From the sequence record OR896850.1: a DNA stretch of 38,798 nucleotides. The stretch is one strand, 5' to 3'. Numbering within the stretch: the stretch's first letter is position 1; every line of letters begins with the position of its first letter. Source of the DNA: Klebsiella phage ViciousJeremy. This document shows, one piece after another, positions 1-8,796 of this stretch. The notes beneath the pieces are model-generated. The model ran no database searches. It saw only the letters and a program-made list of their open reading frames with translations, and had not been told where the DNA came from. The position numbers and the translations under genes are program-made.

Positions 1-1764
1 ATGAGCGACACCCAAGCAAACCGTAATGCGCTAATCATCGCGCAGCTTAAGGGCGACTTTGTGGCCTTCCTGTTCGTATTGTGGAAGGCTTTGGCTCTCC
101 CGCCACCGACTAAGTGTCAGATTGATATGGCCCGGTGTCTAGCTAATGGAGACAACAAGAAGTTTATCCTACAGGCTTTCCGTGGTATTGGTAAGTCATT
201 CATCACCTGTGCGTTCGTTGTGTGGACGCTATGGCGTGACCCTCAGTTGAAGATACTAATTGTCTCTGCATCAAAAGAACGTGCGGACGCTAACTCCATC
301 TTCATCAAGAACATCATTGACCTGCTGCCCTTCTTGGCTGAGCTAAAGCCTCGCCCCGGTCAGCGTGACTCTGTGATTAGTTTCGATGTTGGCCCTGCCA
401 AGCCTGACCACTCTCCGTCTGTGAAGTCGGTGGGTATCACTGGTCAGTTGACTGGTAGCCGTGCTGATATCATCATAGCGGATGACGTTGAGATTCCGTC
501 TAACTCCGCAACTCAAGGTGCCCGTGAGAAGCTGTGGACTCTGGTGCAGGAATTTGCTGCGCTTCTGAAACCACTGCCGACTTCTCGCGTTATCTACCTT
601 GGTACGCCTCAAACCGAAATGACCTTGTACAAGGAACTCGAAGATAACCGTGGGTACACCACAATCATCTGGCCTGCGCTCTATCCGCGTAGCCGTGAGG
701 AAGACTTGTACTATGGCGACCGTCTGGCCCCGATGCTCCGCGAAGAGTTCAACGATGGGTTCGAGATGCTCCAAGGTCAACCGACTGACCCCGTGCGCTT
801 CGATATGGAAGACCTGCGTGAGCGTGAGTTGGAATACGGTAAGGCTGGCTTCACTTTGCAGTTCATGCTCAACCCGAACCTGAGTGATGCCGAGAAGTAC
901 CCCTTACGCCTCCGTGACGCTATCGTGTGCGGTCTGGACTTCGAGAAAGCCCCAATGCATTACCAGTGGCTTCCGAACCGTCAGAATCGCAATGAAGAGC
1001 TTCCTAACGTTGGCCTTAAGGGTGATGATATTCATAGCTATCATTCGTGCAGCCAGAACACTGGACAGTACCAGCAACGCATCCTCGTGATTGACCCTAG
1101 TGGTCGCGGTAAGGATGAGACTGGTTACGCAGTGTTGTTCACCCTGAACGGCTACATCTATCTGATGGAAGCTGGCGGGTTCCGCGATGGTTATTCCGAT
1201 AAGACCCTTGAGTCCCTCGCTAAGAAAGCGAAGCAGTGGAAGGTTCAGACAGTGGTCTTCGAGAGTAACTTCGGGGATGGTATGTTTGGTAAGGTATTCA
1301 GCCCTGTGCTCCTGAAACACCATGCAGCGCAACTTGAAGAGATTCGTGCTCGTGGTATGAAGGAACTACGCATTTGTGATACGCTGGAGCCTGTACTCTC
1401 TACGCACCGCCTTGTGATTCGTGACGAGGTGATTCGTGAGGACTACCAGACTGCCCGTGACGCTGATGGTAAGCATGACGTTCGCTATTCGCTGTTCTAC
1501 CAATTAACCCGTATGGCCCGTGAGAAGGGCGCTGTGGCACATGACGACCGACTTGATGCGTTAGCATTGGGTGTAGAGTTCTTACGCTCTACGATGGAAC
1601 TGGACGCCGTGAAGGTGGAAGCTGAGGTGCTTGAGGCGTTCTTAGAGGAACACATGGAGCACCCAATCCATTCGGCTGGTCACGTAGTCACCTCTATGGT
1701 TGACGGTATGGAACTCTATTGGGAGGATGACGATGTGAATAGCAACAGGTTCATTGACTGGTAG
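1..1764 (+). CDS. 19: Large terminase subunit (DNA maturase B), gene 19
   Basis: 587-aa [28 protein letters not shown]... colinear and highly similar to remembered T7 gp19 (586 aa) along the whole length; window begins exactly at its ATG. Confidence 0.95.
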   Translation: MSDTQANRNALIIAQLKGDFVAFLFVLWKALALPPPTKCQIDMARCLANGDNKKFILQAFRGIGKSFITCAFVVWTLWRDPQLKILIVSASKERADANSIFIKNIIDLLPFLAELKPRPGQRDSVISFDVGPAKPDHSPSVKSVGITGQLTGSRADIIIADDVEIPSNSATQGAREKLWTLVQEFAALLKPLPTSRVIYLGTPQTEMTLYKELEDNRGYTTIIWPALYPRSREEDLYYGDRLAPMLREEFNDGFEMLQGQPTDPVRFDMEDLRERELEYGKAGFTLQFMLNPNLSDAEKYPLRLRDAIVCGLDFEKAPMHYQWLPNRQNRNEELPNVGLKGDDIHSYHSCSQNTGQYQQRILVIDPSGRGKDETGYAVLFTLNGYIYLMEAGGFRDGYSDKTLESLAKKAKQWKVQTVVFESNFGDGMFGKVFSPVLLKHHAAQLEEIRARGMKELRICDTLEPVLSTHRLVIRDEVIREDYQTARDADGKHDVRYSLFYQLTRMAREKGAVAHDDRLDALALGVEFLRSTMELDAVKVEAEVLEAFLEEHMEHPIHSAGHVVTSMVDGMELYWEDDDVNSNRFIDW

Positions 1765-1844
1765 TTATGCATATTGAGTGCATAAGGATTCAATTAGACC
1801 ACGGATGGTCACTTTAAGAAATTCCTTAAGAATCAATGAGTTTG

Positions 1845-1867
1845 AATTAACCCTCACTAAAGGGAGA
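1845..1867 (+). promoter_or_regulatory. T3-type phage promoter (phiOR-like, right end)
   Basis: AATTAACCCTCACTAAAGGGAGA perfect consensus, +1 G at 1862. Confidence 0.85.
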
Positions 1868-2008
1868 GAGGGGACTTAAAGCTACTATATAGGTTAGTCA
1901 TTCAGGTTATGCAATGACCCTTTATGCACTTTAAGTCTACCTCTGTGATTGGTGATATTATCATTGTATAATCACCCTACCTTAGAGCAACTGAAAGGAG
2001 GTGGCTCA

Positions 2009-2158
2009 ATGTTACGCTTGCTGATTGCCCTGCTGCGTCATAGAGTCACTTGGCGATTTCTTCTGGTACTTACTGCTACCCTTGGGTACGCAGGTCTTAC
2101 TGACCACCTCGGTCAACTGGAAGTGGCCTTTTGCTCTATACTCTCTTGTGGGGATTAA
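2009..2158 (+). CDS. 19.5: Gene 19.5 small protein (49 aa)
   Basis: MLRLLIALLRHRVTWRFLLVLTATLGYAGLT... matches T7 gp19.5 (MFRLLLNLLRHRVTYRFLVVL...); GGAGGTGG Shine-Dalgarno (SD) 6 nt before ATG 2009; the longer ORF from 1949 is rejected. Confidence 0.7.
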   Translation: MLRLLIALLRHRVTWRFLLVLTATLGYAGLTDHLGQLEVAFCSILSCGD

Positions 2159-2240
2159 ATTATTGTTGATGAACGACAAGCGGCTCTGAGGGATTCGTAG
2201 GTATAGTTTCACTACACCAACTCATCCCTGTAGAGTCAAC

Positions 2241-2341
2241 CCTAAAGGTTATACCTAAAGATGCCCTGTAGTTCGTAATGGTCTTACAGGGTCTTCTGGT
2301 GTCTCCTGTGGTGTGGCCTTACCTAAAGTGGTTGCCTAAAG
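2241..2341 (+). repeat. Right-end short-repeat array (CCTAAAG heptamers, SRR-like)
   Basis: CCTAAAG at 2241, 2254, 2322, 2335; same 7-mer array flanks the T7 terminal repeat. Confidence 0.6.
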
Positions 2342-2380
2342 AGACCCTTTAAGAATTTACCACAAAAATCTGAATGGGTA

Positions 2381-2611
2381 TCTCACAGTTCAAGAACCCA
2401 AAGTACCCCCATAGCCCTCCTAAAGCCACCTAAAGCCAGCCCTACCCCTAGGGTTTAACCTTCGGTTAACCTTGGGTATTTCCTCAAGTGGCCTATAGGA
2501 TAGCCTAAAGTGTTGCCTAAAGTCAATACCTAAAGTGGTGGCTGCCTATTGGAGACTTAAAGAGTGTCCTAGTGTACCAGTTCGATAGTACATCCCTATG
2601 TGTCCCTATCT
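2381..2611 (+). repeat. Terminal repeat (single copy at concatemer junction); predicted genome left end at 2381
   Basis: TCTCACAGTTCAAGAACCCAAAGTACCCCCATAG... is homologous to the T7 left terminus TCTCACAGTGTACGGACCTAAAGTTCCCCCATAGGG; end coordinate assumes a T3-like TR length of about 230 bp (from memory). Confidence 0.5.
2455..2469 (+). other. Hairpin inside terminal repeat (pac/concatemer-processing hairpin homolog)
   Basis: TTAACC-TTC-GGTTAA perfect 6-bp inverted repeat; T7 has GTCAACCTTCGGTTGAC at the equivalent place in its TR. Confidence 0.5.
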
Positions 2612-2631
2612 GTTAGCCTCTCAAAGTAAAC

Positions 2632-2703
2632 CCTAAAGCCACCACCTAAAGACCAGACCTAAAGCCACCACCTAAAGACCAGACCTAAAGCCATCACCTA
2701 AAG
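2632..2703 (+). repeat. Left-end short-repeat array (ACCTAAAG / ACCAGACCTAAAG units, SRL-like)
   Basis: about six CCTAAAG copies, including two copies of a 25-nt unit CCACCACCTAAAGACCAGACCTAAAG; equivalent array in T7 left end. Confidence 0.6.
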
Positions 2704-2785
2704 AGCGACACTATCTTAAAGACAACCAGACCGATAGACCCATTGTTAACCTGTAGTGATGCCTTGTAGTTGTCTGTAGTCAATT

Positions 2786-2808
2786 CAATTACCCTCACTA
2801 AAGGGAAT
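2786..2808 (+). promoter_or_regulatory. T3-type phage promoter variant (phiOL-like)
   Basis: CAATTACCCTCACTAAAGGGAAT; core -11 to +4 conserved, upstream part deviates from consensus; same variant as the gene 2.5 promoter. Confidence 0.55.
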
Positions 2809-2862
2809 AAGGGATACTTAAAGAGGGAATTAAAGATTTAATAAAAAGATTTAAATTAATGG

Positions 2863-2893
2863 TTGACTTTAAGTGACCCTTAAGGCTATTATT
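2863..2893 (+). promoter_or_regulatory. Host sigma70 early promoter (A1-like)
   Basis: TTGACT -35 at 2863, 17-18 nt spacer, TATTAT-like -10; position matches the T7 A1 region. Confidence 0.5.
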
Positions 2894-2991
2894 CATCACG
2901 TCAACGGGACAACGGCCTTAAAGCCACTCCCTGAGATACCGGAGTCAACCGGATAAGTAGACAGCCTGATAAGTCATACGAAAAACAGGCA

Positions 2992-3027
2992 TTGACAACA
3001 TGAAGTAAACGCAGTAAGATGTACCAC
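2992..3027 (+). promoter_or_regulatory. Host sigma70 early promoter (A2-like)
   Basis: TTGACA-ACATGAAGTAAACGCAG-TAAGAT, 17-nt spacer; near identical to remembered T7 A2. Confidence 0.8.
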
Positions 3028-3101
3028 ATGACGTTAACCACCGATTCGGTGTCTTCTAGGTGACTTAAGCGCACCACGGCACATAAAGCGAAACAAAATG
3101 G

Positions 3102-3137
3102 TTGACAACATGAAGTAAGCACGGTACGATGTACCAC
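3102..3137 (+). promoter_or_regulatory. Host sigma70 early promoter (A3-like)
   Basis: TTGACA-ACATGAAGTAAGCACGG-TACGAT, 17-nt spacer; near identical to T7 A3. Confidence 0.8.
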
Positions 3138-3252
3138 GAAATGACGGAACAGTGAGGCGGGACACTGAAAGCCGCTAGGGTCTAACGAAACCAGACCGAC
3201 ACGCTCTTTAACAATCTGGATAATAGCTCTTGAGTGTACCGATGTATAAGCG

Positions 3253-3305
3253 AATAACTAAAGGTCGCACTAAAAGCGTGGCCTTTATGATATTCACTTA
3301 ACACG
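3253..3305 (+). ncRNA. RNase III processing hairpin (R0.3-like)
   Basis: ACTAAAGGTCGCACTAAAAGCGTGGCCTTTATGATATTCACTTAACACG; the GGTCGC...GGCCTTTATGAT bubble hairpin recurs 8 times in the window at T7 RNase III site positions. Confidence 0.7.
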
Positions 3306-3327
3306 AACTAACATGAGGTAACACCAA

Positions 3328-3786
3328 ATGATTTTCACTAAAGAGCCTGCTAACGTCTTCTATGTACTGGTGTCAGCATTCCGTTCTAACCTCGACGATG
3401 AGGTGAACATGAGTCGCCACCGCCACATGGTAAGCACTTTACGTGCCGCACCGGGTCTTTATGGCTCCGTTGAGTCAACCGATTTGACCGGGTGCTATCG
3501 TGAGGCAATCGCAAGCGCACCAACTGAGGAAAAAACGGTTCGTGTACGCTGCAAGGACAAGGCGCAGGCACTCAATGTTGCACGCTTAGCTTGCAATGAG
3601 TGGGAGCAAGATTGCGTACTGGTATACAAATCACAGACTCACACAGCGGGATTGGTGTACGCTAAAGGTATCGACGGTTACAAGGCTGAACGTCTGCCGG
3701 GTAGCTTCCAAGAGGTGCCTAAAGGCGCACCGCTTCAAGGTTGCTTCACGATTGACGAGTTCGGACGCCGCTGGCAAGTACAATAA
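3328..3786 (+). CDS. 0.3: Gene 0.3 S-adenosylmethionine lyase/hydrolase (SAMase, anti-restriction)
   Basis: 152-aa ORF MIFTKEPANVFYVLVSAFRSN... matches remembered T3 SAMase (152 aa); first gene after A1-A3, GAGGT SD. Confidence 0.85.
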   Translation: MIFTKEPANVFYVLVSAFRSNLDDEVNMSRHRHMVSTLRAAPGLYGSVESTDLTGCYREAIASAPTEEKTVRVRCKDKAQALNVARLACNEWEQDCVLVYKSQTHTAGLVYAKGIDGYKAERLPGSFQEVPKGAPLQGCFTIDEFGRRWQVQ

Positions 3787-3787
3787 G

Positions 3788-3842
3788 TGTTAAACTCAAG
3801 GTCGCTCCAAGCGAGTGGCCTTTATGATTATCACTTAGCACG
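3788..3842 (+). ncRNA. RNase III processing hairpin (R0.5-like)
   Basis: TAAACTCAAGGTCGCTCCAAGCGAGTGGCCTTTATGATTATCACTTAGCACG. Confidence 0.7.
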
Positions 3843-3858
3843 TTATAGGACTAACACC

Positions 3859-4059
3859 ATGAGTAAACTTCTGGCAACATCTAAAATAGAAGGCCAATGC
3901 ACCGTAACACTGCGTGAGTATTACCACGGGTCAATGGGAAGCACCTACGTTGTGCGATACGGTAAACAGGTCACACATTGGGTAAACCCGATTTTAGCAC
4001 AAGAGGATTATCAAGCCTGTGTGATACACCAAGCAACGTGTGCGGGCTGGAATGATTGA
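3859..4059 (+). CDS. Hypothetical early protein (66 aa)
   Basis: ATG 3859 with AGGA SD 8 nt upstream, downstream of an RNase III site; MSKLLATSKIEGQCTVTLREYYHG...; no recognised family. Confidence 0.45.
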   Translation: MSKLLATSKIEGQCTVTLREYYHGSMGSTYVVRYGKQVTHWVNPILAQEDYQACVIHQATCAGWND

Positions 4060-4078
4060 CATTACAGGAGGATTAGCA

Positions 4079-4237
4079 ATGGCTATATTTATCACTATCG
4101 CACTCTTTGCGGTTGCTGGCTGGTACTCTGAGTCACGCAAGGCCGCTCGCTATCATCGCAAGATGGTTAAACTCATGGAACATTTGGACGCAGAAGGGCG
4201 AGGCCGCGAGGCTATCGAACTGGTGAAACACGCATGA
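4079..4237 (+). CDS. Small early membrane protein (52 aa, one TM helix)
   Basis: CAGGAGGA SD 6 nt before ATG 4079; MAIFITIALFAVAGWYSESRKAARYHRKMVKLMEHL... hydrophobic N-terminal helix then basic tail. Confidence 0.5.
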   Translation: MAIFITIALFAVAGWYSESRKAARYHRKMVKLMEHLDAEGRGREAIELVKHA

Positions 4238-4431
4238 TGATTCTCTTTATCGCACTGGTCTATCTGTGCATCGCAATGTACTTTATGCGAGACTTTAAGC
4301 GCGGTCTGGCAATACACAAGGCAACGCTGAGTTACTTTAAGTGGGGATTCATCCCACGGTTTACGGTTCGTGAACGCAACGGACGCTTTAAGGCCAACAA
4401 GGTAGGAGTATTCTACATTGCTACGCACTAA
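4234..4431 (+). CDS. Small early membrane protein (65 aa)
   Basis: ATGA start/stop overlap with previous ORF; MMILFIALVYLCIAMYFMRDFKRG... N-terminal TM helix. Confidence 0.45.
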   Translation: MMILFIALVYLCIAMYFMRDFKRGLAIHKATLSYFKWGFIPRFTVRERNGRFKANKVGVFYIATH

Positions 4432-4462
4432 CTCAAAGCACGTAAAGACCGCACTGTATGCG

Positions 4463-4588
4463 ATGGCGTATGGTGCATCGAAACGCAAGGTCAAACGCAT
4501 CTTAACGAGACACCGCAAGATGACCGCACGACAGGCTGCAAGCGCTGTCAAATGGGCTGAATTTACTCTTTACTCTTCTTACAGATAA
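4463..4588 (+). CDS. Possible small very basic ORF (41 aa)
   Basis: MAYGASKRKVKRILTRHRKMTARQAASAVKWAEFTLYSSYR fills the gap before 0.7; no clear SD. Confidence 0.2.
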   Translation: MAYGASKRKVKRILTRHRKMTARQAASAVKWAEFTLYSSYR

Positions 4589-4602
4589 CAGGACACTGAA
4601 CG

Positions 4603-5712
4603 ATGACTTTCACCGAAGCACAAGCCGCACTCGAAGCTATCCGCAACCTACCGATTGAGCGCCTGAACGAACGCCAGCCCATGCTGGTGGCTCTTGCGGC
4701 TGCTATAGTGAACGCTGAGACTCAAGACGGCGAACTGACGCAGGCCAAGGGCAATTGGGGTCTGGAGTCTATGGACTACTGGCAGACACTGGCTGAGCGT
4801 ATGCGTGATGTTGGATTTGTACGCTTGGGTAACGGTCACTTTAGCGCAGCATATGAGCACGCATTGTTACCGGGCAAGGTTATCAAGGTAGGCTTTAAGA
4901 AAGAGGATTCAGGCGCTGCCTATGCTGCATTCTGCCGCATGAATCAGGGTCGTGAGGGTATCCCTACGGTGTACGACATTCAGCGTCATACAGGCTGCTA
5001 CACGGTGGTCTTGGACTATCTGACACCGCTTAACGATTGGTGCTACGGTGAAAGCGATAAGATTCGCCACCACTTTCAGGCCGCACGGGAAATCATTGAG
5101 GAGGATTGCTTCGACACCGCCGAAGAGTACCCGATAAGCGAGGGCTTCATTGAGACCTGCAAGGATATCCGCAAGTTCTTCTTAGGCATCGCATCGTTCG
5201 ACTGTCACAGCGGGAACATGATGAAAGACCAGATGGGACGCCTGATTATCACAGACCCGGTATCATTCAGCGCAGACGACAAGTTAAAGCCGGGTGAGTT
5301 CCACTGTGACCCGGATGAACTAATCGCTGAGATTGAGGCGCTGAGGGCGCAGGAAGCGATTGACCGCTGTAAGGCACGCAAGGCACGCCGTGACCCTAGA
5401 GGAGACTTTCAGGCAGCACGTAAAGCCCGTGCCAAATGGCGCAGAAAGGCCTCTAAGCGTGCTAAACGTGACGCTAAGGTACTCGCTAAGATGCGCATGG
5501 ACGCCAATCAGAATCGCAGGGATGAGCCTAGGGCGCGTATGGTGTGGGGCGATAAGCACTGGCGTAACGCTTGGATGCACCACAATAACCTAAACTTTGC
5601 AGAACTGGAGCGCCGCGCTGCTGCGGCAATGATGATGCACGACGAGGTGCGCATTCAGTGGGGCAAACCGTTACACATAGACGCATACCTTGACAAGCGT
5701 CTACAAGGCTGA
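4603..5712 (+). CDS. 0.7: Gene 0.7 serine/threonine protein kinase (host shut-off)
   Basis: 369 aa; ...LGNGHFSAAYEHALLPGKVIKVGFKKEDSGAAYAAFCRMNQGREGIPTVYDIQRHTGCYTVVLDYL matches the T7 gp0.7 kinase core. Confidence 0.9.
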   Translation: MTFTEAQAALEAIRNLPIERLNERQPMLVALAAAIVNAETQDGELTQAKGNWGLESMDYWQTLAERMRDVGFVRLGNGHFSAAYEHALLPGKVIKVGFKKEDSGAAYAAFCRMNQGREGIPTVYDIQRHTGCYTVVLDYLTPLNDWCYGESDKIRHHFQAAREIIEEDCFDTAEEYPISEGFIETCKDIRKFFLGIASFDCHSGNMMKDQMGRLIITDPVSFSADDKLKPGEFHCDPDELIAEIEALRAQEAIDRCKARKARRDPRGDFQAARKARAKWRRKASKRAKRDAKVLAKMRMDANQNRRDEPRARMVWGDKHWRNAWMHHNNLNFAELERRAAAAMMMHDEVRIQWGKPLHIDAYLDKRLQG

Positions 5713-5714
5713 TA

Positions 5715-5772
5715 GAGTCTTATCTTACAGGTCATCAATCGGTGGCCTGAATAGGTACGATTTATTCACAAT
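5715..5772 (+). ncRNA. Probable RNase III hairpin upstream of gene 1 (R1-like)
   Basis: CAGGTCATCAATCGGTGGCCTGAATAGG... contains the GGTC...GGCC hairpin core in the 0.7-1 intergenic region. Confidence 0.4.
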
Positions 5773-5782
5773 GAGGTAAGCA

Positions 5783-8437
5783 ATGAACATCATCGAAAAC
5801 ATCGAAAAGAATGACTTCTCCGAAATCGAACTGGCTGCTATCCCGTTCAACACACTGGCAGACCACTACGGCAGCGCATTGGCTCGTGAACAACTGGCTT
5901 TAGAGCATGAGTCTTATGAGCTGGGCGAGCGCCGCTTCCTCAAGATGCTTGAGCGCCAAGCGAAAGCTGGCGAGATTGCAGACAACGCAGCCGCTAAGCC
6001 ATTACTCGCTACTCTTCTCCCTAAGTTAACCGCACGCATCGTTGAGTGGCTCGAAGAGTACGCCTCTAAGAAGGGCCGCAAGCCTGTAGCCTATGCACCA
6101 CTCCAGTTACTCAAGCCGGAGGCGTCCGCGTTTATCACGCTCAAGGTTATCCTTGCGTCACTGACCAGCACGAACATGACAACCATTCAGGCCGCTGCTG
6201 GTATGCTGGGGAAGGCCATTGAGGATGAGGCACGTTTCGGGCGAATCCGTGACCTCGAAGCGAAGCACTTCAAGAAGCACGTTGAGGAACAACTCAACAA
6301 GCGCCACGGGCAAGTCTACAAGAAAGCCTTTATGCAGGTGGTTGAGGCAGACATGATTGGTCGCGGGCTGCTGGGAGGCGAGGCGTGGTCTAGCTGGGAC
6401 AAGGAAACCACGATGCACGTAGGGATTCGCCTGATTGAAATGCTGATTGAATCCACAGGTCTGGTGGAATTACAGCGCCATAACGCAGGCAACGCAGGCT
6501 CTGACCATGAGGCACTGCAACTGGCCCAAGAGTACGTCGATGTGTTAGCGAAGCGTGCAGGAGCACTGGCTGGCATCTCTCCGATGTTCCAACCGTGTGT
6601 CGTACCGCCGAAACCTTGGGTATCAATCACAGGTGGCGGCTATTGGGCGAACGGTCGCAGACCTTTGGCGCTCATTCGCACTCACTCTAAGAAGGGACTG
6701 ATGCGCTATGAGGATGTTTACATGCCAGAAGTATACAAGGCGGTCAACATCGCACAGAACACCGCATGGAAAATCAACAAGAAAGTCCTCGCGGTTGTCA
6801 ACGAGATTGTGAACTGGAAGAACTGCCCGGTCGCAGACATTCCATCGCTGGAGCGCCAAGAGTTACCACCTAAGCCGGACGACATTGACACCAACGAGGC
6901 AGCACTCAAGGAGTGGAAGAAAGCCGCCGCTGGTGTCTACCGCTTGGACAAGGCGCGAGTGTCTCGCCGTATCAGCTTAGAGTTCATGCTGGAGCAGGCC
7001 AACAAGTTTGCAAACAAGAAAGCAATCTGGTTCCCTTACAACATGGACTGGCGCGGTCGTGTGTACGCTGTGCCGATGTTCAACCCGCAAGGCAACGACA
7101 TGACGAAAGGTCTGCTGACCCTAGCTAAAGGCAAGCCAATCGGTGAGGAAGGTTTCTACTGGCTGAAAATCCACGGTGCGAACTGTGCGGGTGTCGATAA
7201 GGTTCCTTTCCCTGAGCGCATCGCGTTCATTGAGAAGCACGTAGACGACATTCTGGCTTGCGCTAAAGACCCAATCAATAACACTTGGTGGGCCGAGCAG
7301 GATTCACCTTTCTGTTTCCTCGCGTTCTGCTTCGAGTATGCAGGCGTTGCGCACCACGGTCTGAGCTACAATTGCTCTCTGCCGCTGGCGTTCGACGGGT
7401 CTTGCTCTGGTATCCAGCACTTCTCCGCGATGCTCCGCGATGAGGTAGGCGGTCGTGCGGTTAACCTGCTGCCAAGCGAAACCGTGCAGGACATTTACGG
7501 CATCGTTGCACAGAAGGTGAACGAGATTCTCAAACAGGATGCAATCAACGGCACACCTAACGAGATGATTACCGTGACCGACAAGGACACCGGGGAAATC
7601 TCAGAGAAGCTCAAGCTGGGAACCTCAACGCTGGCGCAACAGTGGCTGACATATGGTGTAACCCGTAGCGTAACTAAACGTTCGGTCATGACGCTGGCTT
7701 ACGGTTCCAAGGAGTTCGGCTTTCGTCAACAGGTACTGGACGACACCATTCAGCCTGCGATTGACAGCGGTAAGGGCTTGATGTTCACCCAACCGAACCA
7801 AGCGGCTGGCTATATGGCTAAGCTGATTTGGGACGCGGTGAGCGTGACCGTAGTCGCAGCGGTTGAGGCGATGAACTGGCTCAAGTCTGCCGCTAAGCTG
7901 CTGGCTGCTGAGGTCAAGGACAAGAAGACCAAGGAGATTCTACGCCACCGTTGCGCGGTTCACTGGACTACGCCGGACGGCTTCCCGGTCTGGCAGGAAT
8001 ACCGCAAGCCACTCCAGAAGCGTCTCGATATGATTTTCTTAGGGCAATTCCGTCTGCAACCGACGATTAATACCCTCAAGGATTCAGGCATTGACGCACA
8101 CAAGCAGGAGTCTGGCATCGCGCCTAACTTTGTTCACTCACAGGATGGTAGCCACCTCCGCATGACAGTCGTTTATGCTCACGAGAAGTATGGTATTGAG
8201 TCCTTTGCGCTCATCCATGACAGCTTTGGGACTATTCCGGCAGACGCTGGTAAGCTCTTTAAGGCTGTGCGTGAAACGATGGTTATCACCTATGAGAACA
8301 ACGATGTGCTGGCAGACTTCTATGACCAGTTTGCAGACCAGCTACACGAGACCCAACTGGACAAGATGCCTCCGCTTCCGAAGAAAGGGAACCTGAACCT
8401 CCAAGACATTCTCAAGTCTGACTTTGCCTTTGCATAA
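5783..8437 (+). CDS. 1: Gene 1 single-subunit DNA-dependent RNA polymerase (T3 type)
   Basis: 884 aa (T3 RNAP length; T7 is 883 aa); MNIIENIEKNDFSEIELAAIPFNTLADHYG... colinear with T7 RNAP; every promoter in the window is the T3 CCCTCACTAAAGGGAGA type. Confidence 0.97.
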   Translation: MNIIENIEKNDFSEIELAAIPFNTLADHYGSALAREQLALEHESYELGERRFLKMLERQAKAGEIADNAAAKPLLATLLPKLTARIVEWLEEYASKKGRKPVAYAPLQLLKPEASAFITLKVILASLTSTNMTTIQAAAGMLGKAIEDEARFGRIRDLEAKHFKKHVEEQLNKRHGQVYKKAFMQVVEADMIGRGLLGGEAWSSWDKETTMHVGIRLIEMLIESTGLVELQRHNAGNAGSDHEALQLAQEYVDVLAKRAGALAGISPMFQPCVVPPKPWVSITGGGYWANGRRPLALIRTHSKKGLMRYEDVYMPEVYKAVNIAQNTAWKINKKVLAVVNEIVNWKNCPVADIPSLERQELPPKPDDIDTNEAALKEWKKAAAGVYRLDKARVSRRISLEFMLEQANKFANKKAIWFPYNMDWRGRVYAVPMFNPQGNDMTKGLLTLAKGKPIGEEGFYWLKIHGANCAGVDKVPFPERIAFIEKHVDDILACAKDPINNTWWAEQDSPFCFLAFCFEYAGVAHHGLSYNCSLPLAFDGSCSGIQHFSAMLRDEVGGRAVNLLPSETVQDIYGIVAQKVNEILKQDAINGTPNEMITVTDKDTGEISEKLKLGTSTLAQQWLTYGVTRSVTKRSVMTLAYGSKEFGFRQQVLDDTIQPAIDSGKGLMFTQPNQAAGYMAKLIWDAVSVTVVAAVEAMNWLKSAAKLLAAEVKDKKTKEILRHRCAVHWTTPDGFPVWQEYRKPLQKRLDMIFLGQFRLQPTINTLKDSGIDAHKQESGIAPNFVHSQDGSHLRMTVVYAHEKYGIESFALIHDSFGTIPADAGKLFKAVRETMVITYENNDVLADFYDQFADQLHETQLDKMPPLPKKGNLNLQDILKSDFAFA

Positions 8438-8448
8438 CAAGCACTTAG

Positions 8449-8471
8449 CATTAACCCTCACTAACGGGAGA
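8449..8471 (+). promoter_or_regulatory. T3-type class II promoter (phi1.05)
   Basis: ATTAACCCTCACTAACGGGAGAC (A to C at -1). Confidence 0.75.
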
Positions 8472-8600
8472 CTACTTAAGGTCTCCCACTTTAAGACACT
8501 TTAGGTACTAAGAGATTAAATTTATGATTAACATTAAGACTTTCTTTAAGAACATCTTTAAGTTAAACCGCTTGACTTCCATTAAGTTCTACGCTTGGAT
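8449..8600 (+). other. Candidate primary origin of replication (promoter plus AT-rich region downstream of gene 1)
   Basis: the T7 primary origin lies just after gene 1 and consists of phi1.1A/B plus an AT-rich tract; here phi1.05 is followed by an AT-rich stretch 8470-8600 with CTTTAAG x3 and CTTAAG. Confidence 0.4.
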
Positions 8601-8796
8601 GCCCGGTAGTGATGACCTCCGCAAGACTGAATTTAAGTTAGGCTTAGGGCCGTGCGGCAAGGTGGTCACGAAGTTGGAATGTTACTCAACGTCCTCCGGG
8701 ATGGTCATCTTCCAGACCACTGAGGACAACGAAACGAAATCCTTCTACTACCCGAAAGGTTCAACGTGTGGTCGTATCGAACGGACATACAGTTAA
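8524..8796 (+). CDS. Gene 1.05-like hypothetical protein (90 aa)
   Basis: ORF between two phage promoters; AT-rich 5-prime end; its stop TAA lies inside the next promoter; weak SD. Confidence 0.45.
   Translation: MINIKTFFKNIFKLNRLTSIKFYAWMPGSDDLRKTEFKLGLGPCGKVVTKLECYSTSSGMVIFQTTEDNETKSFYYPKGSTCGRIERTYS

Noticed and set aside
343-1332. Minus-strand ORFs 343-780 and 904-1332 inside the terminase gene
   Set aside because: Antisense to a highly conserved gene, with no signals. Same codon-bias explanation.
2233-2703. Regularly spaced CCTAAAG repeats that could be mistaken for a CRISPR array
   Set aside because: The repeat is only 7 nt, spacing is irregular (6-80 nt), and there are no cas genes. 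This is the known T7-group terminal short-repeat array.
2012-3137. Minus-strand ORFs 2012-2212 and 2901-3137 in the terminal and early-promoter region
   Set aside because: They overlap the A2/A3 promoters and terminal repeats, are on the wrong strand for this phage family, and lack signals.
3787-4059. Longer version of the first post-0.3 ORF starting at GTG 3787
   Set aside because: It would translate through the RNase III hairpin. ATG 3859 with an AGGA SD is the credible start.
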